This document shows, one piece after another, positions 55,982 through 64,000 of a stretch of DNA of 64,000 bases. Numbering within the stretch: position 1 is the stretch's first letter; every line of letters begins with the position of its first letter. The DNA is from Candidatus Eiseniibacteriota bacterium. GTDB lineage: Bacteria; Eisenbacteria; RBG-16-71-46; CAIMUX01; VGJL01. The position numbers and the translations under genes were made by a program. The stretch covers positions 1 to 64,000 of the forward strand of contig JBHGAY010000007.1 of NCBI GenBank assembly GCA_041946735.1, given 5' to 3'. A model generated the notes under the pieces. That model saw nothing but the letters and a program-made list of their open reading frames with translations. It ran no database searches and had not been told where the DNA came from.

Positions 55982-57247
55982 ATGGTCATCCGCTCCATCC
56001 AGCCCGAGTCTCCCGCCGCCCGCATCGGCATCCAGCCGGGCGAGGACCTGGTCTCGATCAACGGCAACCCGATCCGCGATCTGCTCGACTACCACTTCCA
56101 CGTCGCTGATGCCGATCTCGAGATCGTCGTCTCTCCGAGGCCCGGAGAGAGCCGCACCCTCACCGTCCTGCTCGAACCGGGGGAGGATCTCGGGGTCGGC
56201 ATCGACGCCATGAAGACGCGGCTGTGCGGCAACTCCTGCCTCTTCTGCTTCATCGACCAGAACCCGAAGGGGATGCGCAAGACGATCTACGTCAAGGACG
56301 AGGACTACCGGCTCTCCTTTCTGCACGGCAACTTCGTGACCTTGACGAACATGAAGAAGTGGGAGCTGGAGAGGATCGTCGAGCAGCGGCTGACGCCCCT
56401 GTACATCTCCGTGCACTCCACCAATCCGGAGACCCGCCGTCGCTTGCTTCGCCCGAAGGTCGATCGCGATATCCTGAGCCTGATCGACTGGCTCGGCGAG
56501 AACGAGATCGAGATGCACACGCAGATCGTGCTCTGCCCCGGCTACAACGACGGCCCTGACCTCGAAGGGACCTTGCGGGACCTGGCCTCGCGCTGGCCGC
56601 GCGTGCGGAGCCTCGCGATCGTGCCTCTCGGCATGACCGAGCACCGCGAGGGTTTGATCCCGCTCGAGCGGATGACCGCGGAGAAGGCCCGCGAGATCGT
56701 GGAGCAGGTCCGCCCGTATCAGGAGCGCTGCCGGCGGGAGATCGGCGCGACCTTCGTCCATCTCGCGGATGAGTTCTACCGGCTCCTCGGAATGGAGACT
56801 CCCCCCGTCGCGCACTACGACGGCTTCCCGCAGCTGGAGAATGGGATCGGCATGACGCGCCACTTCCTCGCGCGCCTCGCCCGTGCCCGGCATCTCTTCG
56901 CCGAGGAGACCCGGCGCGGGGACCGGGTCCTGACGCTCGTGACGGGGCAGTTGTTCGAGCCGATCCTCAAGCCGGCGATCGACCGGGCCTTGGCCCGCAC
57001 GAAGGAGCCGGTCGAGGTGCGAATCGTCGGGTGCGAGAACCGGTTCTTTGGGACATCGGTTACCGTCGCCGGGCTGTTGACGGGCGGCGACATCGCGCGC
57101 GGGCTCGAGGGAAAGGACCTGGGCGACCGCGTCCTGCTGCCCCCCGCGACGCTGAACGACGAGGAGACGTTTCTCGACGACATGCGCCTGGCGGATCTCG
57201 CCGATCGCTTCGGCGTGCCGTTCCAGGCGGGGTTCTTCCGGACGTGA
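55982..57247 (+). CDS. DUF512 PDZ-domain putative radical SAM Fe-S protein
   Basis: N-terminal PDZ (SPAARIGIQPG), CGNSCLFCFIDQ.P.GMR, KDEDYRLSFL.GN, QLENGIG, VAGLLTG.D. Confidence 0.9.
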   Translation: MVIRSIQPESPAARIGIQPGEDLVSINGNPIRDLLDYHFHVADADLEIVVSPRPGESRTLTVLLEPGEDLGVGIDAMKTRLCGNSCLFCFIDQNPKGMRKTIYVKDEDYRLSFLHGNFVTLTNMKKWELERIVEQRLTPLYISVHSTNPETRRRLLRPKVDRDILSLIDWLGENEIEMHTQIVLCPGYNDGPDLEGTLRDLASRWPRVRSLAIVPLGMTEHREGLIPLERMTAEKAREIVEQVRPYQERCRREIGATFVHLADEFYRLLGMETPPVAHYDGFPQLENGIGMTRHFLARLARARHLFAEETRRGDRVLTLVTGQLFEPILKPAIDRALARTKEPVEVRIVGCENRFFGTSVTVAGLLTGGDIARGLEGKDLGDRVLLPPATLNDEETFLDDMRLADLADRFGVPFQAGFFRT

Positions 57248-58566
57248 GCCTGCCGATCGTGGCGATCGTCGGCCGGCCCAACGTGGGGAAGTCGACCCTG
57301 TTCAACCGGATTCTCGGCCGCTCCCTCGCCGTCGTGGACGACATCCCCGGGATCACGCGCGACCGGCACTACGCGGTGGTCGAGTGGGCGGGCCGGAGCT
57401 TCCGTCTCGTCGACACGGGGGGATGGGTTCCCGAAGGGATCGAGGCGATGGACCGCCGCATCCTCACGCAGGTCGAGCGGGCGATCGAGGAGTGCGACCT
57501 CGTCCTCTTTCTCGTGGACGCGCGCGATGGGGTGCAGCCACACGACCAGGAGATCGCGCGCGAGCTGATGCGGCGCGGAGCCAACGCGATCCTCGTCGCG
57601 AACAAGGTCGATTCGGACCGCCTCGAAGCGGACGCATCGGAGTTCGCCTCGCTCGGGCTCGACGGTTCCCCGTGGACGATCTCCGCCGCGCAGGGACGCG
57701 GCATCGGGGAGTTGCTCGACGTCGTGGTCGAGCGGATCCCGACGCGGGCGCCCGCGACCACGGAGCGAGCGGCCGGAATCCGGATCGCGGTCCTGGGACG
57801 GCCGAACGTCGGCAAGTCCTCGATCGTCAACCGCCTCCTAGGCGAGGAGCGGATGATCGTCGACGACGTTCCGGGGACGACGCGCGACGCGATCGACACG
57901 CCGTTCCGCTGGCACGGGCGGGAGATGGTGCTCGTGGACACCGCGGGGATCCGCCGGAAGCTCGGCTCGCATCCGGACTTCGAGTTCTATGCGACGCTCC
58001 GCGCGATCCGAAGTCTCGACTCGGCCGACGTGGCGCTGCTCGTCCTCGACGCCAACGAGCCGGTGCGCAAGCAGGACCTGCGGATCGCGAAGATGATCGA
58101 GGAGGCGGGCCGCGGGTGCGTCTGGGTCTTCAACAAGTGGGACCTCGTCGAGAAGAGCGACAACACGGCCGCGCAGATGCTCGAGACGGTCCGAGCCGAG
58201 ATTCCGTTCCAGGCGTATGCCCCCGCGGAGTTCGTCTCGGCGCTTACCGTCCAACGGATCAGCCGTCTTCCGGAACGGATCGTCCAGGCATACGAGTCGA
58301 CGCAGCGCAAAGTCGCAACCGCCGAGTTGAACGAGGTGGTCCGGCGCGCGGTCGACGCCAACCCTCCGAAGTACGTCGCCGGGGAGAAGCCGGTGCGCAT
58401 CTACTACGCCACGCAGGTGCGGACCGGGCCGCCGACCTTCGCTCTCTTCGTCTCCAACCCGCAACGCCTCGCGCGCGACTACGAGCGCTACCTCGTCCAC
58501 GCGCTTCGCGGCGCTTTCGACTTCACCGGCAGCCCCATCCGGCTGCAGATCCGCAAGAGCACATGA
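57244..58566 (+). CDS. der: Ribosome biogenesis GTPase Der (EngA)
   Basis: Two G domains (GRPNVGKS twice, TRD, DTGG/DTAG, NKVD/NKWD) plus KH-like C-terminus. Confidence 0.97.
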   Translation: MSLPIVAIVGRPNVGKSTLFNRILGRSLAVVDDIPGITRDRHYAVVEWAGRSFRLVDTGGWVPEGIEAMDRRILTQVERAIEECDLVLFLVDARDGVQPHDQEIARELMRRGANAILVANKVDSDRLEADASEFASLGLDGSPWTISAAQGRGIGELLDVVVERIPTRAPATTERAAGIRIAVLGRPNVGKSSIVNRLLGEERMIVDDVPGTTRDAIDTPFRWHGREMVLVDTAGIRRKLGSHPDFEFYATLRAIRSLDSADVALLVLDANEPVRKQDLRIAKMIEEAGRGCVWVFNKWDLVEKSDNTAAQMLETVRAEIPFQAYAPAEFVSALTVQRISRLPERIVQAYESTQRKVATAELNEVVRRAVDANPPKYVAGEKPVRIYYATQVRTGPPTFALFVSNPQRLARDYERYLVHALRGAFDFTGSPIRLQIRKST

Positions 58567-59183
58567 GCGAGGGAGAGGTTGCGCGGGCCGCCGTTGCGCT
58601 GGCGACCGCCTTCCTGCTGGGGTCGCTGCCGTTCGGGCTCTGGTGGGGGAAGGCAATCGCCGGGATCGACCCGCGCGAGCACGGCAGCCGGAATCTCGGG
58701 GCGACGAATGTCTACCGCGTGCTCGGCGCGCGTCACGGGATCGCCGTTCTCCTCCTCGACGTCGGCAAGGGAATCGCGGCCGTCTGTCTGGCCCGGGGAC
58801 TCTCTGCGGCCCCAGGCATCCCGCTCCTCGCGGGTCTACTGGCGGTCGCCGGCCACATGGCCACGCCCTTCGCGCGTTTCCGTGGCGGCAAGGGAGTCGC
58901 GACGGGCCTCGGGATCTGGATCGTCCTCGCCCCGGCCGGGGCCGCGGCCGCCCTCGCCGTTTTCGCCGCGGTCCTCGCCCTCTCCCGCCGCGTTTCCGCC
59001 GCTAGCCTGTCGGCGGCCGCGGCCCTGCCCATCGCGGTTTGGCTCCTCCCTTCGCCGGAGCCGGTCTTGCCTCGTGTCCTCTTCGCCCTGGTGACCGGCG
59101 GCCTGGTCTGGCTCCGGCATCGGACGAACCTCGCGCGGCTCGCGCGCGGGCAGGAGCCGCCGCTGTGGGGAGCCGGGACGTGA
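58563..59183 (+). CDS. plsY: Glycerol-3-phosphate acyltransferase PlsY
   Basis: GSLPFG, GSRNLGATNVYR, DVGKG, FRGGKGVATG, HRTNL.RL..G.E. Confidence 0.95.
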   Translation: MSEGEVARAAVALATAFLLGSLPFGLWWGKAIAGIDPREHGSRNLGATNVYRVLGARHGIAVLLLDVGKGIAAVCLARGLSAAPGIPLLAGLLAVAGHMATPFARFRGGKGVATGLGIWIVLAPAGAAAALAVFAAVLALSRRVSAASLSAAAALPIAVWLLPSPEPVLPRVLFALVTGGLVWLRHRTNLARLARGQEPPLWGAGT

Positions 59184-60184
59184 CGGGGCCGACCGCGATC
59201 CTGGGGGGCGGATCCTGGGGGACGGCGCTCTCGATCCTCCTCGCCGGCCGGGGTGCCCCGGTGCGGCTCTGGGCTTTCGAGCCGGAGGAAGCCCAGCGCA
59301 TGGAGGCGGAGCGCGAGAACGCCACCTTCCTGCCAGGTTTTCGTTTCCCTCCGACACTTCATGTGATGTATCGGATTGAGGAGGCGCTGGAGGAGGCGGA
59401 GGCGATCGTTCTGGCCGTGCCTTCGACCGTCCTGCGAGGGGTGGTCGAGCAGATCGATCCGGCGCGGGTGACCGGACGGGACGTCGTCGTTGCGACCAAG
59501 GGGCTCGAGGAGGAGTCGGGCAAGAGGATGAGCGAGGTCGTGCGGGAGAGATTGCCGGAGGCGCCCATCGCGGTGCTCGCCGGGCCGAGCCTGGCGCGCG
59601 AGGTGGCCGCGGGCCTTCCGGCAAGCGTGCTGTCCGCCTCCGCCGATCCAGCGTGCGCGGCTCGGGTGCGCGAGAGATTTCACGGTCCCTTCTTTCGCGT
59701 CTACGAGTCCTCGGACGTCGCGGGAGTCGAGGTGGGGACGGCGCTCAAGAACGTCATCGCGCTCGCTGCCGGGATCGCGGACGGCATGAAGCTTGGGGAG
59801 AACGCGAAGGGAGCGCTGCTGACGCGCGGCCTCGCGGAGATCACGCGTCTCGGCGTCGCCCTCGGGGCGCGGCGCGAGACCTTCCTCGGGCTCGCGGGTG
59901 TGGGGGATCTCGTGACGACCTGCTCTTCGCCGCTCTCACGCAACCGGAGCCTCGGGGAGATGCTCGGGCGCGGCATTCCGTTTCGCGAAGCGGCCGCCCG
60001 CATGACGCAGGTCGCGGAGGGGGTGCCGACCACTCGATCCGCCTGGCGCCTGTCCCGCCGGCTTTCGATCGAGATGCCGATCACTGAGCAGGTCCATCAG
60101 GTCCTCTTCGAGGGGCTCGACCCGGTCGCGGGTCTGCGGGCTCTCATGGGCCGGCCTCCTCGTGCCGAAGGAGAGGAAGGATGA
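59180..60184 (+). CDS. gpsA: NAD(P)H-dependent glycerol-3-phosphate dehydrogenase
   Basis: GGGSWGTAL, TKGLE, GPS.A.EV, ALKNVIA, GLAGVGDL.TC.S..SRN, AEGV.T, MPI. Confidence 0.96.
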   Translation: MTGPTAILGGGSWGTALSILLAGRGAPVRLWAFEPEEAQRMEAERENATFLPGFRFPPTLHVMYRIEEALEEAEAIVLAVPSTVLRGVVEQIDPARVTGRDVVVATKGLEEESGKRMSEVVRERLPEAPIAVLAGPSLAREVAAGLPASVLSASADPACAARVRERFHGPFFRVYESSDVAGVEVGTALKNVIALAAGIADGMKLGENAKGALLTRGLAEITRLGVALGARRETFLGLAGVGDLVTTCSSPLSRNRSLGEMLGRGIPFREAAARMTQVAEGVPTTRSAWRLSRRLSIEMPITEQVHQVLFEGLDPVAGLRALMGRPPRAEGEEG

Positions 60185-60591
60185 ACGAGCCGCCTGATTC
60201 CACCCCATCGCCGGAGCCGTTCACGCCCAAGACGTACCGCTCCATTTCGGAGGTCGCTGAGCTGCTTTCCGTCAAGCCCCACGTGCTTCGGTACTGGGAG
60301 ACCCAGTTCCCGATGCTCCATCCAAAGAAGGGGAAGTCCGGGAGCCGGATGTACCGGCAGCGCGACGTCGAACTGCTCGGGAGGATTCGCGCCCTCCTTT
60401 ACGAGAAGGGGTTCACCATCCGCGGAGCCCGGCAGAGGATTCGACAGGAGCAGCGGGAGAGAGGCGGAGAGGGGCAGCTCGGCCTCGGGATCGAAAACCC
60501 CGTCGCGACCGGTCTGGCCGAGATTCGCGAGGAGCTCGAGGCAATCCGCAATGCGCTGAGGCCCACGAAACAACGATCGCGCCCGATCTAA
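60181..60591 (+). CDS. MerR-family HTH transcriptional regulator
   Basis: YRSISEVAELL.VKPHVLRYWETQFP.L.P...R.Y, LLYEKGFTIRGA. Confidence 0.92.
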   Translation: MNEPPDSTPSPEPFTPKTYRSISEVAELLSVKPHVLRYWETQFPMLHPKKGKSGSRMYRQRDVELLGRIRALLYEKGFTIRGARQRIRQEQRERGGEGQLGLGIENPVATGLAEIREELEAIRNALRPTKQRSRPI

Positions 60592-60734
60592 CGTTTGCCA
60601 TCGACGATTTTCCTTCCTAAGCAACCTGCTACACCGTAGAATTGGTGAAAATCTGTCCGTCTCACGGCCGGAAGAATCTGCCGGGGGCCGGGCCGATGGA
60701 ACACGGCACAACAACGCAAGGAGATCGGCACACG

Positions 60735-61436
60735 ATGGTACGAAAGACACTCGGCGGATGGGGCAGGGCCTCGTTGGCGATGGCGGTTCTCACCGCACTC
60801 GCCTTCGCTCCGGCCACCGTCTGGGCATACAGCGGAATGCTCTCCAGCACACTGGGAGAGATCACGGGTACGGGCAACTGGATCGTGACGGGGCCGACCA
60901 GTCTCGACTGGACCGTTACGCAGAACCAGGACAACTCCTGGCACTACTCCTATTCCTTCTCGCATCCGGTCGGGAACACCAGCCACTTCCTGCTCGAGAC
61001 CTCGGCCAACATCACCGAGAAAGATCTGTTCAATTTCACCGGCGACTTCAGCTCCTGGCAGCTCGGCACTTGGGGGGATCAGGGAAACAGCAACCCGGGA
61101 ATTCCCGAGGATCTCTTCGGGATCAAGTTCTCAGGCACGACCGGACTCACGACGAACATGGCGTTCGACTCCTGGCGCGCCCCGACGTGGGGCGACTTCT
61201 ACTCGAAGGACGGCAATGCGGGCGGCCTGGGCGCGAATGCAGCGTGGAATGCCGGCTTCACCGCCAACGACATCGATCCGATCAGCGACCCCTCGGACGG
61301 CTCGCTGGACAATCACCTTCTCGTTCCCGACACCCGGGTCACGAACCCCGTTCCGGAGCCGGGATCGATGCTCCTTCTCGGCACGGGTCTCGTGGGCACG
61401 GGCCTCTTCCGGCGGCTTCGCCGCAAGGAGGCGTAA
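60735..61436 (+). CDS. PEP-CTERM sorting domain-containing protein
   Basis: AAGGAG RBS; signal peptide ending VWA; Ser/Thr/Asn/Gly-rich body; C-terminal [27 protein letters not shown]. Confidence 0.92.
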   Translation: MVRKTLGGWGRASLAMAVLTALAFAPATVWAYSGMLSSTLGEITGTGNWIVTGPTSLDWTVTQNQDNSWHYSYSFSHPVGNTSHFLLETSANITEKDLFNFTGDFSSWQLGTWGDQGNSNPGIPEDLFGIKFSGTTGLTTNMAFDSWRAPTWGDFYSKDGNAGGLGANAAWNAGFTANDIDPISDPSDGSLDNHLLVPDTRVTNPVPEPGSMLLLGTGLVGTGLFRRLRRKEA

Positions 61437-61614
61437 CGGTTCGACCGATATCGCGAGAGGCATCCATTCGGGCGCCCGGGGGATCGTCCTCCGGGCGTTC
61501 GCCTTGGGGGCCCGGCGCGCCGTCCTCCCCCCTTGCTTTCTCCGCTACCCCGGCCGATACTCGGCCTTGCGGGTCCGTGGCCTGAAGTCGGCAAGGGCTC
61601 GCTCGGCGGTTCGG

Positions 61615-61692
<78 letters not shown>

Positions 61693-61723
61693 CCTCTTTT
61701 CTTCCCCCGTTCACCGGAAGACC

Positions 61724-62539
61724 ATGGAGATCCTGCTCACCAACGACGACGGTGTCCTTGCGCGTGGTCTTCTCGCCGTGCGCGACGCTCTCGCCACGCT
61801 GGGGACCGTGTGGGTCGTCGCTCCCGAGCAGGAGCAGAGCGGGACGAGCCATTCGCTGACCCTGCACCGTCCCCTTCGGGTTCGGCGCATCGAAGAGAGG
61901 GTCTTCTCGGTCGACGGCACACCGACCGACTGCGTGCTCCTCGCCTGCCGCGGCCTGCCCGACCTTACGTCCGCGCGCATCGATCTCGTCGTGTCGGGGA
62001 TCAACCACGGGCCCAACCTGGGCGACGACATCTCGTATTCCGGAACCGTCGCAGCAGCGATGGAGGGGGTTCTCCTCGGCCGCCCGTCGCTCGCGATCTC
62101 GGCCTCGACCCGCCGCCTGGACGAGGATTTCGCGGCCGCGGCGACGATCGCGCGACGGCTCGTGGCAACCGTCGCCGAGCGCTCCCTGCCCCCTGGGGTC
62201 CTGTTGAACGTCAACGTTCCGGGGCGCCCGCTCGAGGAGATTCGCGGCTTCAAGGTCACGCGGCTCGGAAAGAAGAGCTACACGGGACAGGTCGTGCAGA
62301 ACGTCGACCCGCGAGGGAGACCGTACTACTGGATCGGCGAGGAGGCGGCGGTCTTCGAGCCGCAGCCCGACGCCGACTTCACGGCGGTCGACGAAGGGTA
62401 CGTCTCGATCACGCCGGTGCATCTCGACCTGACCGACCATGCCGCGATCGCCGAGCTCTCCCGCTGGAGCTTCGACGGCAAGGGAAGCAGGGAGGCCGGG
62501 AGCGCAACGGGCGACGAGGGAGAGGCGGAGCGGCGTTGA
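61724..62539 (+). CDS. surE: 5'/3'-nucleotidase SurE
   Basis: ILLTNDDG, APEQEQSG.SHS, GTPTDC, SGINHGPNLG, YSGTVAAA, NVNVP. Confidence 0.96.
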   Translation: MEILLTNDDGVLARGLLAVRDALATLGTVWVVAPEQEQSGTSHSLTLHRPLRVRRIEERVFSVDGTPTDCVLLACRGLPDLTSARIDLVVSGINHGPNLGDDISYSGTVAAAMEGVLLGRPSLAISASTRRLDEDFAAAATIARRLVATVAERSLPPGVLLNVNVPGRPLEEIRGFKVTRLGKKSYTGQVVQNVDPRGRPYYWIGEEAAVFEPQPDADFTAVDEGYVSITPVHLDLTDHAAIAELSRWSFDGKGSREAGSATGDEGEAERR

Positions 62540-63231
62540 TCTCGCCCGAGGGAGACCCGGTCGGCGCGCGGGCGCGCATGGTCGAGCAGCAGCTCCGATC
62601 GCGAGGAATCCGCGATGAGCGTGTTCTCGCAGCGTTCCTGGAGGTCCCGCGCCACCTCTTCGTCGAGCCGGCAATGCAGGACTCCGCGTACGGGGACCAT
62701 GCGCTTCCGATCGGCCACGGGCAGACGATCTCGCAGCCGTACATGGTCGCGCTGATGACCTCCGCGCTCCGGACGCGCCCCGAGCACAGGGTCCTCGAGA
62801 TCGGGACGGGCTCGGGATACCAGGCGGCGATCCTTTCCCGCCTGGTGCGAACGGTCTTTTCGATCGAGCGGATTCCAGCGCTCGTCCAGCGTGCGCAGGC
62901 GATCCTGAAGGAGCTTTCGATCGGCAACGTGATCCAGCGGCAGGGGGACGGCTCCCTGGGTTGGAAGGGCTTCGCGCCGTTCGAAGGGATCGTCGTGACG
63001 GCGGGCGCTCCCCGGATCCCCGAGACGCTGCTCGAACAGCTTGCCGAGGGCGGGCGTCTCGTCATCCCGGTCGGCGGCGGATCGAGTCAGATTCTTCGGA
63101 TCGTGGAACGACGGGGCGGGGAGTTCGTCGAGGAGAAGTCGTGCGCCTGCGCCTTCGTCCCTCTGCTCGGACGGGAGGGCTGGCCCGATCCGGCGCGAGA
63201 GCAGCCGCAGGGAGGCGGGGACACTCCGTGA
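62536..63231 (+). CDS. pcm: Protein-L-isoaspartate O-methyltransferase (start TTG 62536 or ATG 62578)
   Basis: VPRHLF, LPIGHGQTISQP, VLEIGTGSGYQAA, GDGSLGW, QLAEGGRLVIPVG, FVPL. Confidence 0.95.
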   Translation: MISPEGDPVGARARMVEQQLRSRGIRDERVLAAFLEVPRHLFVEPAMQDSAYGDHALPIGHGQTISQPYMVALMTSALRTRPEHRVLEIGTGSGYQAAILSRLVRTVFSIERIPALVQRAQAILKELSIGNVIQRQGDGSLGWKGFAPFEGIVVTAGAPRIPETLLEQLAEGGRLVIPVGGGSSQILRIVERRGGEFVEEKSCACAFVPLLGREGWPDPAREQPQGGGDTP

Positions 63232-63239
63232 TTCGACCC

Positions 63240-63268
63240 TGGACAGCGCCGGACACCGATGCTAGCGT
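63240..63268 (+). promoter_or_regulatory. Putative sigma70 promoter of tRNA-Pro(CGG)-apt
   Basis: TGGACA (63240-63245), 17-bp spacer, TAGCGT (63263-63268). Confidence 0.5.
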
Positions 63269-63291
63269 CACCACGGTGGTTCTGACTTGGT

Positions 63292-63367
<76 letters not shown>

Positions 63368-63397
63368 TCCTCATCACTTTCGCTCGGATCCCATCCC

Positions 63398-63931
63398 ATG
63401 AGAGACGATCTTCCCGAGCGGCTCCGCCGTTCGATCCGCGACATTCCGGACTTTCCGCAGCCGGGCGTCCTCTTCCGGGACGTTACGACGCTCTTGCTGG
63501 ATCCCGGCCTGGTCGCCGAGGCGATCGATGCCCTCTGGGAAACCTTCGACCGGCGCGGGATCACCCACGTGGTCGCGGTCGAGGCGCGCGGGTTCATCCT
63601 GGGGATGGGGATCGCCATGCGCTGCAAGCTCCCGCTCGTCCTGATGCGCAAGCCGGGCAAGCTGCCGGCGGAGCGCCTGAGCGAGGAGTACGAGCTGGAA
63701 TACGGAAAGGGGCGGCTCGAGGTCCACGCGGACGCCCTCCGGCCGGGGGATCGCGTGCTCATCGTGGACGACGTCCTCGCCACGGGAGGCACGGCCGCCG
63801 CCGCGGGGCGACTCGTCCGCCGCTGCGGGGCGGAGCTCGTCGGCTACGCCTTCCTCGCCGAGCTTGGTTTTCTCGAGGGGCGAGCGAGACTCGAGGGGTG
63901 TCACGTCCTCTCCCTCCTCCGTTACGATTGA
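63398..63931 (+). CDS. apt: Adenine phosphoribosyltransferase
   Basis: IPDFPQPGVLFRDVTTL, EARGF, RKPGKLP, YELEYG, IVDDVLATGGT. Confidence 0.97.
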   Translation: MRDDLPERLRRSIRDIPDFPQPGVLFRDVTTLLLDPGLVAEAIDALWETFDRRGITHVVAVEARGFILGMGIAMRCKLPLVLMRKPGKLPAERLSEEYELEYGKGRLEVHADALRPGDRVLIVDDVLATGGTAAAAGRLVRRCGAELVGYAFLAELGFLEGRARLEGCHVLSLLRYD

Positions 63932-64000
63932 GACCAGGTCCGCGACGCGACGCGGATTGCACGCGGCGGGACGTCCATCCGTCCCCCCGCGCCGTCCGGA

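Noticed and set aside
60696..60722. Sigma54 -24/-12 promoter upstream of the PEP-CTERM gene (GGCACAACAACGCA)
   Set aside because: GG-to-GC spacing is 9 nt, not the required 10.

Overview
A very GC-rich chromosomal window from a diderm (LPS-making) bacterium, almost all on the + strand with many ATGA/GTGA gene overlaps. The LpxC-FabZ fusion, a FlgD-Ig/T9SS-like C-terminal domain, a 'TWGxxR/KxLF/YR' C-terminal tail, mcsA-mcsB-clpC and a Minf_1886-type gene suggest an FCB-associated candidate lineage such as Eisenbacteria, Latescibacterota or Krumholzibacteriota; this is inference only. Most of the window is housekeeping: dapF-dapA-dapB, rpsT, lnt-rlmI-MTase-asd-truA, then a ~26 kb co-directional run (transaldolase, HtrA, purB-purL-purQ-purS-like-purF, lolE-lolD, mcsA-mcsB-clpC, bamA-skp-lpxD-lpxC/fabZ-lpxA-gnnA-like-lpxB-DUF374-waaA-lpxK), then nadB...mutL-miaA, tRNA-Gly, DUF512-der-plsY-gpsA-merR, two tRNA-Pro, surE-pcm-apt. 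Accessory content: a coupled exported-protein/outer-membrane-barrel pair resembling a split DUF5686 protein, a secreted protein with the TWG tail, an IS3-family element with frameshifted orfA, an ArnT/GT39-like glycosyltransferase, a ~1690 aa putative glycoside hydrolase with ten FN3 repeats, an orphan lipoprotein and a PEP-CTERM protein. Best leads: the TWG tail as an uncharacterised sorting signal, the CtsR-less arginine-kinase/ClpC module between lol and bam/lpx genes, a tandem PurS-like protein and a GnnA-like gene implying diamino-glucose lipid A. No CRISPR array, rRNA or prophage seen. All family assignments are by-eye motif recognition, not database searches.
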